33,774 bases of DNA. Source: Minisyncoccota bacterium (GTDB lineage: Bacteria; Patescibacteriota; Minisyncoccia; 2-02-FULL-40-12; GWA2-44-9). The notes under the pieces are model-generated. The model did not search any database and was not told the origin of the DNA. It was given only the letters and a program-made list of their open reading frames with translations. The stretch spans positions 1 to 33,774 of the forward strand of contig JBBDZW010000023.1 of NCBI GenBank assembly GCA_040899895.1, written 5' to 3'. A program made the translations under genes and the position numbers. Shown here one piece after another: positions 24,754-33,774 of this stretch. Within the stretch, counting starts at the first letter, position 1, and the number at the start of each line of letters is the position of its first letter.

Positions 24754-26236
24754 ATTTTATATTACAACCGCCATACTTTATACAAATGCCCCCGTGCACA
24801 TTGGCTTTGCTTTAGAATTACTGCAAGCAGATGTACTTGCGAGGTATCGCCGACTGATAGGCGATGATGTTTGGTTTTTGACCGGAACCGATGAGCACGG
24901 AGCAACAGTAGTCAAAGGAGCAGAGAAAGCAGGCAAGGGTGTGAAAGAATTTGTGGATGAAATGGCAGACAAGACTTTAGAGCTAACCAAAGTATTAAAT
25001 ATTTCGAACGACGATTTTATCAGAACATCTGACCAAGTGAGGCATTGGCCGGGTGCCCAAAAGTTTTGGAGAGAACTTGCCGGCAAGGGCGACTTATATA
25101 AAAAAAATTATGAAGGCTTATATTGCGTGGGACACGAAGCCTTTATTAAAAAAAGCGATTTAGTAGATGGCGTGTGTCCATTGCATAAAACTGAACCGGA
25201 AAAAATAAAAGAGGAAAACTGGTTTTTCAAACTGACAAAATATAAAAATGAAGTTAGAAAAAAAATTGAGAACGACGAACTCAAGATAGTTCCAGCGTCC
25301 CGCAAGAACGAAATCTTAAATTTATTTGACGATGCTGAAGATGTGAGTTTCTCCCGACCCTCTAAAGATTTGAAGTGGGGGATTCCTGTTCCTGGAGATG
25401 ATACTCAAACGATGTATGTTTGGGCTGATGCCCTTACCAACTACATAACAGCTTTGGGATATGCCGATCCGGCAACTGCCGGAGAAGATAATTTCAAGAA
25501 ATACTGGCCTGCGGACGTGCATCTGGTTGGAAAGGATATTTTGAGGTTTCATGCGATGATTTGGCCCACCATGCTTCTTTCTGCCGAGCTTCCTTTGCCT
25601 GAGGCTATTTACGTCCATGGCTTTATTACCGTGGATGGTGAAAAGATGTCCAAAACAGTAGGTAATGTCGTAGATCCTTTTGGCTTGGTAGAAAAATATG
25701 GAAGTGAAGTTGTCAGATATTTTTTACTGCGCGAAATTCCTTCCGGAGATGACGGCGACTTCTCATACAAAAAACTTGAAGAGCGTTATAACGGCGATCT
25801 GGCCAACGGTTTGGGCAATCTTATCCAAAGAGTTGCCACGCTTATAGACGATAAAATGGATGGGGAACTGATATATGAAAACGAGAAGTGTAAAGTAAAA
25901 AGCGTAGAGCGGAAGAATTATATAAATGCGGTAGAGGAATTCAGATTACATGATGCCTTAGGTGAGATATGGAAATTGATTGCCGAAGCCAACAAATATA
26001 TAGACGACAGGAAGCCTTGGGTAGAAGCTAAAGAAAATCCGGACGGATTTTTAGAAACAATGACCGGGTTGGTTTATCTTATTCATCACATTTCCTGGAT
26101 GTTACAACCCTTTTTACCCCAAACTTCAGAGAGAATATTTGGAATATTTGGCGATGAAAAATCTCACTCCATCTCGGATGGCTATAAATTCCTTGTAAAA
26201 AGAGGAGAGCCGTTGTTCCCTCGGTTAGTTGGCTAA
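24743..26236 (+). CDS. metG: Methionine--tRNA ligase (short form, no C-terminal tRNA-binding domain)
   Basis: A HIGH-region variant (PVHIGFALE) and KMSKT are present. The start at MKNKFYITT overlaps the upstream stop. Confidence 0.95.
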   Translation: MKNKFYITTAILYTNAPVHIGFALELLQADVLARYRRLIGDDVWFLTGTDEHGATVVKGAEKAGKGVKEFVDEMADKTLELTKVLNISNDDFIRTSDQVRHWPGAQKFWRELAGKGDLYKKNYEGLYCVGHEAFIKKSDLVDGVCPLHKTEPEKIKEENWFFKLTKYKNEVRKKIENDELKIVPASRKNEILNLFDDAEDVSFSRPSKDLKWGIPVPGDDTQTMYVWADALTNYITALGYADPATAGEDNFKKYWPADVHLVGKDILRFHAMIWPTMLLSAELPLPEAIYVHGFITVDGEKMSKTVGNVVDPFGLVEKYGSEVVRYFLLREIPSGDDGDFSYKKLEERYNGDLANGLGNLIQRVATLIDDKMDGELIYENEKCKVKSVERKNYINAVEEFRLHDALGEIWKLIAEANKYIDDRKPWVEAKENPDGFLETMTGLVYLIHHISWMLQPFLPQTSERIFGIFGDEKSHSISDGYKFLVKRGEPLFPRLVG

Positions 26237-26297
26237 ATAGGCTGATTTTTAGCACAATACTTGGATTTTGACCATAGTTTAAATTAACGAAACACCG

Positions 26298-27083
26298 ATG
26301 TCCAACCCATTTGATACTCATTGTCACCCCCAGTTTCCTCACTACGATGCAGACCGAGAAGAGGTAATTCGCCGTGCTATCGAACAAGGTGTGTCCATGA
26401 TCTGTGTCGGGACCGATCTGGAGATGTCCAGAAAGGCAATTGAACTTTCAAAAGAACACAAAAACATCTGGGCTGCTGTCGGTGCTCATCCGAATGATCT
26501 AAATAATTTGATCTTGGATGATTTCGTCCACCTGATGAATCATGAAAAAATTGTAGCAGTCGGTGAAGTGGGTTTGGATTATTATCGGACCAAAAGGGAA
26601 GACCAACAAAAAAAGCAAAGAGATGCATTTGAACAATTCATCAATCTTGCTTATCAATATAAAAAACCGCTTATCCTGCATTTGCGAGATGCCCACAAAG
26701 ATGCAATTGAAATATTAAAATCAGCCAAAAATATTTTATACGGCGGAGTGGCACATTCATTTACTGGTACATTAGAAGAAGCAAGAGAGTATTTGAACTT
26801 AGGATTTCATCTGGGCTTCAATGGCATTATTACTTTCCTGCCTGCCGGCAGGCAGGTGCGAGGACAATATGATGAGATAGTCATTCACACTCCCTTGGAC
26901 AAGATACTTCTGGAAACCGATGCCCCGTACCTAACCCCGGAACCGTATAGAGGTAAGAGAAATGAGCCGGCTTTTGTTTGGGAAGTAGCCAAAAAGATAG
27001 CCGAACTTAAAAATATTTCAACAGAAGAGGTAATTGAAAAAACGAATCAAAACGTTATAAAACTATTCAAAATTAGTATATAA
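26298..27083 (+). CDS. tatD: TatD family metal-dependent hydrolase/DNase
   Basis: The N-terminal FDTHCH, GEVGLDYY, ILHLRDA and ETDAPYLTP motifs fit the family. Confidence 0.9.
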   Translation: MSNPFDTHCHPQFPHYDADREEVIRRAIEQGVSMICVGTDLEMSRKAIELSKEHKNIWAAVGAHPNDLNNLILDDFVHLMNHEKIVAVGEVGLDYYRTKREDQQKKQRDAFEQFINLAYQYKKPLILHLRDAHKDAIEILKSAKNILYGGVAHSFTGTLEEAREYLNLGFHLGFNGIITFLPAGRQVRGQYDEIVIHTPLDKILLETDAPYLTPEPYRGKRNEPAFVWEVAKKIAELKNISTEEVIEKTNQNVIKLFKISI

Positions 27084-27195
27084 ACCTACATAAACATAAA
27101 TACTATTTTGAAACCGCACGGGCTCTTAGAGGATTCTCTTTTTTCTAAGTTTTGATTTATGCATTTAATTTTTATATAGTTAAACTCATCAAGCT

Positions 27196-29628
27196 ATGTC
27201 CAAATATAATCCAATAAAAACCGAAAAGAGGTGGCAGAAAAACTGGGAATCAAAGAAACTTCATCTTGCCCCTGATTTCTCAAAAGAAAGAACTAATTTT
27301 ATGCTGCTTGCCGAATTCCCTTATACTTCCGGGAACCTCCACATGGGCCACTGGTTCACATATTCTATTGCAGATATTTATGCGCGCTATTTGAGGATGA
27401 ACGGGAAGAACGTCATGTATCCGATCGGTTTTGACGCATTTGGTTTGCCGGCAGAAAATGCGGCCATAAAACACGGCAGTACGCCATATGCATGGACCAA
27501 GCAGAATATCCGAAACATGACCAAGCAGTTAAAGAGCATCGGCGCTACATTTGACTGGCCTCGCGTCGTGGATACCAGCGATCCCGACTATTACAAATGG
27601 ACCCAGTGGATATTTCTTAAACTTTACGAAAAAGGCCTGGCATACCGAGGCGAAACAATGGTTAATTGGTGTCCAAAAGATAAGACCGTGCTTGCCAATG
27701 AGCAGGTGGTGAACGGCTGTTGTGAAAGATGCGATATCCCTGTTGAACAGAGAAAACTAACGCAATGGATGTTTAAGATCACAAGTTTTGCGGACGCCCT
27801 GGTAAATGACCTTAAAGACCTTGATTGGCCGGAAGATACTAAAGCCGCCCAAGTTAATTGGATAGGCCGTTCGGAGGGCGCATTAATTAAATTTCCAATT
27901 TTAAATTTTAAATTTTCAAAAGGCGGACAGGAATATATCGAAGTGTTTACCACGCGGGCCGATACCTTATTCGGCGCTACATATCTTGTGCTTGCTCCGG
28001 AGCATCCGATGCTGATGAAGCTTACATCCGACGAGAACCTGAACAAAGTAAACCAGTATCTCGAAGAGGTAAAAAAGAAGACAGAATTGGAAAGGGTTCA
28101 CACAGATAGATCAAAGACAGGAGTTTTTACCGGAGGATATGTTTTAAATCCCATTAATAATGAAAGGGTGCCTGTCTGGGTAGCTGATTATGTTTTAGGT
28201 CATTATGGAACCGGAGCGGTAATGGCTGTTCCTGCACATGATGAAAGGGATTGGGAGTTCTCTAAGAAATTTGGCTTGCCGATAAAAATGGTGGTTTGTC
28301 CAAATTATCCAGAGGAAACATGTCCCGTTTTGAATAATGCTTATATCGGAGAAGGGCACTTGGTTGCGTCAGAAGAATTCGATGGCATAAGATCGAGCGA
28401 GGCAAAAAATAAAATTGTTGAGAAACTTAGAGAGAAAGGTTTAGCCGAATTTAAGAAAATATATCGTTTGCATGATTGGATACTTTCGCGCCAGAGATAT
28501 TGGGGAGCGCCGATACCGATGATCCATTGCCCTAAATGCGGTTATCAGCCCGTGCCGGAAGCGGATCTGCCCGTGAAGCTTCCCGAGCTTACCGACTTTT
28601 TGCCCGTCGAGGGAGGCAGGTCGCCGTTAGCCAGAGCCAAAAGTTGGGTTAAGGCGAAATGTTCGAAATGCGGAGGCCAGGCCGAAAGGGAAACCGATAC
28701 CATGGATACTTTTGTGGATTCATCTTGGTATTTTCTGCGATACACCGACCCGAAGAACAAGAAAGAATTTGCTTCAAAAGATAAAATGGCCAAGTGGCTG
28801 CCGGTACCATTGTATATCGGCGGTCGGGAGCACAACACTATGCATCTTTTGTATGCGAGGTTTGTTACCAAAGCTTTAAACAAACTTGGCGCGGTTGAGT
28901 TTTCAGAACCATTCCTGTCGCGGCGCAACCACGGCGTGATTATGGGCCCCGACGGCAAACGCATGTCCAAGTCGCGCGGTAATGTGGTGGACCCGGATGC
29001 CGAGGTGGCCAAGTACGGTGCCGATACTGTGAGGATGAATTTTGCGTTTTTGGGGCCGTTCGAACAGGACTATGCCTGGAATTCGAACAGCCTAAGCGGC
29101 ATCTCCAGATTCTTAAATCGGGTCCGGGGTTTTATCGGTAAACTGGAAAAGCCAAAAAGGGGTGACGAATCTGTTGACCAGATACTTAATAAATACACAA
29201 AAGAAATAGGGGACGATATTAAAGATTTGAAATTCAACACCGGTGTCAGCGGATTGATGAAATTGCTCAATGTTTTAGAGGACAAATGGCTTACAAAAAA
29301 ACAATACGGAACCTTTTTGAAACTTCTCGCTCCATTTGCTCCGCATCTCGCGGAAGAATTATGGCAAACCGTGCTCAAAAATAAAAGGTCGATCCATAGT
29401 GAATCGTGGCCGAAATATGACGAAGCACTGCTGGCCGAGGAACTTATCACCTTGGTTCTGCAAGTCAACGGAAAATTACGCGACAGCGTAAAAGTTAAAA
29501 AAGGCTTATCTGAAGATGAAGCAAAAAGCATTGCCCTGGCTAATGAGAGTATTAAGAAGCACCTTGGGGGTAAGGAGCCGGTGAAGTATATATATGTGAG
29601 AGACAGGTTGATTAATCTGGTTATATAA
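27196..29628 (+). CDS. leuS: Leucine--tRNA ligase
   Basis: The HIGH variant (NLHMGHWFTY) and KMSKS (RMSKSRGN) are present. A CP1 editing domain is present (TTRADTLFGATYLVLAPEH), along with Zn-cluster cysteines. Confidence 0.95.
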   Translation: MSKYNPIKTEKRWQKNWESKKLHLAPDFSKERTNFMLLAEFPYTSGNLHMGHWFTYSIADIYARYLRMNGKNVMYPIGFDAFGLPAENAAIKHGSTPYAWTKQNIRNMTKQLKSIGATFDWPRVVDTSDPDYYKWTQWIFLKLYEKGLAYRGETMVNWCPKDKTVLANEQVVNGCCERCDIPVEQRKLTQWMFKITSFADALVNDLKDLDWPEDTKAAQVNWIGRSEGALIKFPILNFKFSKGGQEYIEVFTTRADTLFGATYLVLAPEHPMLMKLTSDENLNKVNQYLEEVKKKTELERVHTDRSKTGVFTGGYVLNPINNERVPVWVADYVLGHYGTGAVMAVPAHDERDWEFSKKFGLPIKMVVCPNYPEETCPVLNNAYIGEGHLVASEEFDGIRSSEAKNKIVEKLREKGLAEFKKIYRLHDWILSRQRYWGAPIPMIHCPKCGYQPVPEADLPVKLPELTDFLPVEGGRSPLARAKSWVKAKCSKCGGQAERETDTMDTFVDSSWYFLRYTDPKNKKEFASKDKMAKWLPVPLYIGGREHNTMHLLYARFVTKALNKLGAVEFSEPFLSRRNHGVIMGPDGKRMSKSRGNVVDPDAEVAKYGADTVRMNFAFLGPFEQDYAWNSNSLSGISRFLNRVRGFIGKLEKPKRGDESVDQILNKYTKEIGDDIKDLKFNTGVSGLMKLLNVLEDKWLTKKQYGTFLKLLAPFAPHLAEELWQTVLKNKRSIHSESWPKYDEALLAEELITLVLQVNGKLRDSVKVKKGLSEDEAKSIALANESIKKHLGGKEPVKYIYVRDRLINLVI

Positions 29629-29685
29629 TGTATAGTATCTATCAAACAAAGGTCGAAAAGAAATAAACAAAACCAGCAAGAAATC

Positions 29686-30000
29686 ATGGAAAGAGACCAA
29701 GAATTTGTAGAATTTATAATCAAGTCAATCGTGAATAATCCGGACACGGTTCAGGTTGCCAGAACGGTTGACGAGCTCGGCGTCTTGCTCTCGGTCAAGG
29801 TTGCCCCGGATGACATGGGACTCCTGATCGGAAGAAGCGGTTCTACCGCCAAGGCAGTCAGGACTTTGGCCAGAATAGTCGGAATGAGGAATAATGCCAG
29901 AGTGAACCTCCGGATAGAAGAGCCGGAAGGAAGCATGAGAGTCAAGCCGGAAGGCAAGACCAAAGACATCGAGGATGTCGTCGGCGAGTTGAATATGTAA
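29686..30000 (+). CDS. KH domain RNA-binding protein (UPF0109/YlqC-like) with C-terminal extension
   Basis: It has LLIGRSGSTAKAVRTLARIV (GxxG KH motif). The position upstream of trmD is typical of the rpsP-KH-rimM-trmD cluster. Confidence 0.8.
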   Translation: MERDQEFVEFIIKSIVNNPDTVQVARTVDELGVLLSVKVAPDDMGLLIGRSGSTAKAVRTLARIVGMRNNARVNLRIEEPEGSMRVKPEGKTKDIEDVVGELNM

Positions 30001-30080
30001 GTAGTGGCCTGTGCGTAGCACAGCTGCCAATACTTATCCCGAGGAGTCCCGACGAGGGATTGCGTTAAAAATCTCAATCA

Positions 30081-30103
30081 GAAAACCCCGAACAGGGGTT
30101 TTC
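30081..30103 (+). terminator. Intrinsic terminator between the KH gene and trmD
   Basis: GAAAACCCC-GAACA-GGGGTTTTC forms a 9-bp stem and is followed by T-rich sequence. Confidence 0.55.
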
Positions 30104-30120
30104 TGTGTTAAAATTTCGAA

Positions 30121-30786
30121 ATGCGTTTCGATATCATCACAATTTTCCCTAATTTATTTGACGGCTTTCTTTCCGAGTCCCTTTTGGCGCGGGCGCAGAA
30201 GAAAAAAATTATAAAGATCGGTGTTCACAATTTAAGAAAATGGACCATCGATAACCACAAAACTGTGGATGACAGGCCTTACGGAGGAGGAGCGGGTATG
30301 CTCTTGAAAATAGAACCTATTTTCAGAGCAGTTAAAAGTTTAAAGTTAAAAGTGAAAAACAAAAGAAGCAGAGTGATTTTGTTGTCGGCGAAGGGAAAGA
30401 CCTTTACCCAGAAAGATGCGCGCCGCTTGGCAAAATACGACCAGCTTGTTTTTATCTGCGGCCGATATGAAGGTGTGGATGAAAGAGTTGCCAAACATGT
30501 TGCTGACGAAGAAATATCCGTCGGTAATTATGTTTTGTTTGGCGGAGAGGTTCCGGCGATGGTTATTATTGAAGCGACGTCCCGCTTGATACCCGGCGTT
30601 ATAGCCAAGCCAGAATCAATAAAATACGAGAGTTTCTCCGACAAAGGGGCAAAAATAAAGGAATACGTCCAATATACCCGTCCCGAAGTTTTTGTTTTGA
30701 ACGGCAAAAAACTGAAAGTACCCAAGGTCCTCCTTTCCGGCGACCACAAGAAGATAGCGGAGTGGCGGAAACAGCGCTCAAAATAA
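30121..30786 (+). CDS. trmD: tRNA (guanine37-N1)-methyltransferase
   Basis: MRFDIITIFP, DDRPYGGGAGM, ICGRYEGVDERV and SGDHKKI motifs are present. Confidence 0.95.
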   Translation: MRFDIITIFPNLFDGFLSESLLARAQKKKIIKIGVHNLRKWTIDNHKTVDDRPYGGGAGMLLKIEPIFRAVKSLKLKVKNKRSRVILLSAKGKTFTQKDARRLAKYDQLVFICGRYEGVDERVAKHVADEEISVGNYVLFGGEVPAMVIIEATSRLIPGVIAKPESIKYESFSDKGAKIKEYVQYTRPEVFVLNGKKLKVPKVLLSGDHKKIAEWRKQRSK

Positions 30787-30791
30787 TCCAC

Positions 30792-30819
30792 TTGACTTCA
30801 GTTTGGAAAAGAATACAAT
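30792..30819 (+). promoter_or_regulatory. Candidate rRNA operon promoter
   Basis: TTGACT (30792-30797), a 16-nt spacer, then TACAAT (30814-30819). It lies about 270 nt upstream of the 16S 5' end. Confidence 0.45.
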
Positions 30820-30867
30820 GAGAACAACATGTGGGATGATTAATTAAAATATCCATATATACGGTTG

Positions 30868-30915
30868 TATAACCACGATTGTCCTTCGAGCAGCCTCAGG
30901 ATAATCGTGGTTATA
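30868..30915 (+). promoter_or_regulatory. rRNA leader hairpin (13-bp perfect stem)
   Basis: TATAACCACGATT (30868-30880) pairs with AATCGTGGTTATA (30903-30915). It is followed by the GCGCC/GGCGC hairpin at 30923-30936. Confidence 0.4.
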
Positions 30916-31570
30916 TTATTGAGCGCCGCAGGGCGCGAAATACTGAGGCCAGGAGGCTGAATGTATTGAGTCCCGAGAGGGACAATATCTCAAGCCAATT
31001 TTTGCGAATTCCTAGGGCGAAGGATATTAAACTCCAAGTATAACCACTAGTGAACCTTCCCAATTTTATATACTTAACCAGCTTATTTTTAAGAGAGTTT
31101 GATTCTGGCTCAGGATGAACGCTGGCGGCACCGATAAGTCATGCAAGTCGAACGGTCCCTCCCCAGTTTCGCAAGAAACTGGGGAGGGATAGTGGCGAAC
31201 GAGTTAGTAACACATTGGTATCTACCTTAAAGTCGGACACAACTAATCGAAAGATTAGCTAATTTCCGATAGTCTCGTAAGAGTAAAGGAGCAATCCGCT
31301 TTGAGAGGAGCCTATGTCCTATCAGCTTGTTGGCGGGGTAACGGCCCACCAAGGCTATGACGGGTAGGGGGTGTGAGAGCACGACCCTCAACGACGAAAC
31401 TGAGACACGGTTCGTACACCTACGGGTGGCAGCAGACGAGAATATTCGACAATGCACGAAAGTGTGATCGAGGGATGCCGCGTGCAGGAAGAAGTCCTTC
31501 GGGATGTAAACTGCTTTTGTCAGGGAAAAATTTTGATTGTACCTGAAGAATAAGGGGTTGCTAACCTCGT

Positions 31571-32492
31571 GAATTTTCTATCGCCTCCTCGGGCGATAGC
31601 GCGAGCCCTCATAGGAATATGAGGTGTAAAATACTTGGCTTATATGCTGGAAAACCTAGTTAATAGTTTAGTACCGCTTGCGGTGACAATCTAAACTAAA
31701 TTATTGTTGATTTAGTCAATAATAATGCTGGAAAATCAGCAGGGAAGCTGGTATAATGAGAGTAATGAATCTGGATAAAAAGACACAAGATATCATAGTA
31801 GGTTTACTTCTTGGTGACGGAAGTTTTGAGAAGAAATCAGATACAATTGGAATTCGATTGCAGATAAAACAGCAGTCGAAAGCAAAGGAATATGTTGAGT
31901 GGCTCTATGGTCATCTCAAGGATTACTGTCTTTCCGAGATAAAACTTAGGAAAGACTACAATCAATATTATTTTAGCACCAGATATTTGAGAGAATTTCA
32001 GAACCTGTATAAGATCTTTTATAGAAATGGAAAGAAAGTTATTCCATCGAATATAAAAGAACTATTGACTTCACCATTAAGTTTGGCCATATGGTATATG
32101 GATGATGGATCTTTAGATTTTAGACCTAAGGACCACTATGCTTTTTATTTAGCGACAAATTGTTTTACGGTTACAGATTCTCAGCGGCTTCAAAAAGCTT
32201 TGCAAGAGAATTTCGGAATATCTTCCGCCGTATATAATAATTTGTGTAGAGGAAAAAGATATTCAAGAATATGCATTGGGTCGAAAGGCAGAGATCAATT
32301 CTGCCGCTCGGTCCGACCACATATTTTAAAATGTTTTTCCTACAAGTTGCCTCAATATACTTAGCCCCCCAGAGACTTGGTTCTAAACGAACCGGATAGC
32401 AATTTTTTAGTTGCTATAAGACGCCGAGCACCCGACCTCATTATGAGTGGGTGGTGATATAGTCCAAAAACGATTGATTCAATTGTTATATG
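31571..32492 (+). mobile_element. Group I intron 1 in 16S rRNA (between E. coli-equivalent GT and GCCAGCAG, ~position 514)
   Basis: A 922-nt insertion splits ...CTAACCTCGT | GCCAGCAGCAGCGG. The 5' exon ends in U and the intron ends in G. The motifs CAGAGACTT and GATATAGTCC (the P7 halves) flank the end of the embedded LAGLIDADG ORF. Confidence 0.8.
31756..32364 (+). CDS. LAGLIDADG homing endonuclease (double-motif), intron-encoded
   Basis: The two motifs are IIVGLLLGDGSF and LAIWYMDDGSL. The ORF lies entirely within 16S intron 1. Confidence 0.9.
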   Translation: MRVMNLDKKTQDIIVGLLLGDGSFEKKSDTIGIRLQIKQQSKAKEYVEWLYGHLKDYCLSEIKLRKDYNQYYFSTRYLREFQNLYKIFYRNGKKVIPSNIKELLTSPLSLAIWYMDDGSLDFRPKDHYAFYLATNCFTVTDSQRLQKALQENFGISSAVYNNLCRGKRYSRICIGSKGRDQFCRSVRPHILKCFSYKLPQYT

Positions 32493-32520
32493 GCCAGCAG
32501 CAGCGGTAATACGAGGACCC

Positions 32521-32551
<31 letters not shown>

Positions 32552-32764
32552 AGTGAGTAGCCGGTTTTATTAGTCTGATGTTAAATCCCATGGCTTAACT
32601 GTGGGGCCGCATTGGAAACGGTAAGACTAGAGCGGCTGAGAGGCAAGCGGAACGTGCGGTGTAGGGGTGAAATCCATTGATATTGCACGGAACACCAAAA
32701 GCGAAGGCAGCTTGCTAGCGGTATGCTGACGGTCAATCACGAAAGCGTGGGGATCAAAAAGGAT

Positions 32765-33654
32765 TGGCAAGGGTACCAAACTAATGGTAAAATTAGATTT
32801 GGTTAGCTAGTCCCATCTTATAGCGATATAAGAACGTAAACTTGGCTATTTCGGTGAAAATCCACAGACACTAATGTGGAAAATACCGAGGGAAGTTGCG
32901 GAGACTTATATTTGTACTTGGTGAACATCTTACATAGAGATAAAAAGGTTAATTTTCGATTTTCAGCTCGTCAAAGATCTATTCTTATCGGCTCCTTGCT
33001 TGGTGATGCTAACATCAACAAGAGAGGAAATTGTCATAGAGTGTTGTTCAAGCACTCCGAGAAACAAAAGTCGCTCCTGATATGGAAGCGACAAGAATTT
33101 GATTCTATCACGGGAATGGATATCAACTATTTTCAGCAGGTGGTTAAGGGAAACATCTATGGCTTTTGCCAGTTTGTCACCCTTACTCATCCTGAATTTT
33201 CTGATATCTATAAAAAGTTTTACACCGCCAGAAGAGGTAAAATAATTCCCGTGGATATTACCAGACTTGTCAAAGACCCTTTGTCTTTAGCGGTTTGGAT
33301 CATGGATGACGGAGCAAAGGATAATGTGGGGATGACTATTCAGACCCATAGTTTTAGCAAGACCGAAGTCGAAAGATTAATTAAGACATTAAAAATAAAT
33401 TTTAAACTGCTCTGTACGATGCGTAAAAATAAAGGGAAATTTATTATATATTTTCCTAAGACAGAGATACCAAGATTATGGAAGCTCGTGAGAGCATTCA
33501 TATTGCCGGAGTACAAATATAAGTTTCCGTTAACCCCGTAGAGACTACACGCCGAGGCTGTCTCAGACAGCATGATATAGTCCGACCTGCATAGTAATAT
33601 GCAGAGCATACCAGAAATGCGTGTGCCATCCATTTAAAAGGATAGTAACAATTG
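32765..33654 (+). mobile_element. Group I intron 2 in 16S rRNA (within GGAT|TAGATACCC, ~E. coli position 788)
   Basis: An 890-nt insertion. The 5' exon ends in U (32764) and the intron ends in G (33654). The motifs TAGAGACTACACG and GATATAGTCCGACC match the tRNA-fMet intron core. Confidence 0.8.
32876..33541 (+). CDS. LAGLIDADG homing endonuclease (double-motif), intron-encoded
   Basis: The two motifs are ILIGSLLGDANI and LAVWIMDDGAK. The start is GTG at 32876, as there is no upstream in-frame ATG. The stop codon TAG is part of the intron-core TAGAGACTA. Confidence 0.85.
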   Translation: MENTEGSCGDLYLYLVNILHRDKKVNFRFSARQRSILIGSLLGDANINKRGNCHRVLFKHSEKQKSLLIWKRQEFDSITGMDINYFQQVVKGNIYGFCQFVTLTHPEFSDIYKKFYTARRGKIIPVDITRLVKDPLSLAVWIMDDGAKDNVGMTIQTHSFSKTEVERLIKTLKINFKLLCTMRKNKGKFIIYFPKTEIPRLWKLVRAFILPEYKYKFPLTP

Positions 33655-33774
33655 TAGATACCCTTGTAGTCCACGCCCTAAACTATGCAGATTAGCTATT
33701 GGGAGCATCGACCCTTCCAGTGGCGTAGCTAACGCGTTAAATCTGCCGCCTGGGAAGTACGAGCGCAAGCTTAA

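Noticed and set aside
27084-27195. T-box leader or other riboswitch upstream of leuS, and likewise upstream of metG.
   Set aside because: The leuS leader is only about 110 nt. It has no specifier-loop/T-box consensus (AGGGUGGNACCGCG-like) and no convincing terminator/antiterminator pair. metG overlaps the upstream gene and has no leader at all.

Overview
This is an AT-rich bacterial window of about 40% GC with a compact, mostly housekeeping gene set. My guess is a Candidate Phyla Radiation (Patescibacteria)-like genome. The basis is a 16S rRNA gene interrupted twice by ORF-bearing group I introns, a variant 515 primer site, and short informational genes. I cannot confirm this without a database search.

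Gene content, in order:
- 1-1300: a block of about 65% GC with two ORFs, a glycine-zipper lipoprotein and a coiled-coil/Pro-rich membrane protein. It ends in a cluster of perfect hairpins.
- tsaE, polA, fpg (mutM), a DUF3048 protein and holA.
- On the minus strand, a prkA / DUF444 (yeaH/yhbH-like) / spoVR stress-module operon.
- A 272-bp intergenic element bounded by a perfect 21-bp inverted repeat.
- A GT2 membrane glycosyltransferase, recG, then tRNA-Arg(GCG), tRNA-Ser(UGA) and tRNA-Ser(CGA).
- Several small hypothetical genes.
- A free-standing HTH plus single-LAGLIDADG ORF next to an initiator tRNA-fMet that is split by a 200-nt ORF-less group I intron.
- Pterin-4a-carbinolamine dehydratase, tRNA-Met(CAU), an M16 peptidase, an AI-2E permease, rsmI, a PRTase-like protein, metG, tatD, leuS, a KH protein and trmD.
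- The 5' ~60% of a 16S rRNA gene carrying two group I introns, each encoding a double-motif LAGLIDADG homing endonuclease.

Most notable observations:
- Three group I introns with a shared catalytic-core signature.
- A 20-nt inverted copy of the tRNA-fMet 3' end that brackets the HEG-like ORF.
- The IR-bounded structured element upstream of the prkA operon.
- The abrupt GC discontinuity at the left edge.

All product calls rest on motif recognition in the supplied translations. No database search or folding computation was possible. No CRISPR array, transposase or obvious defence system was seen.
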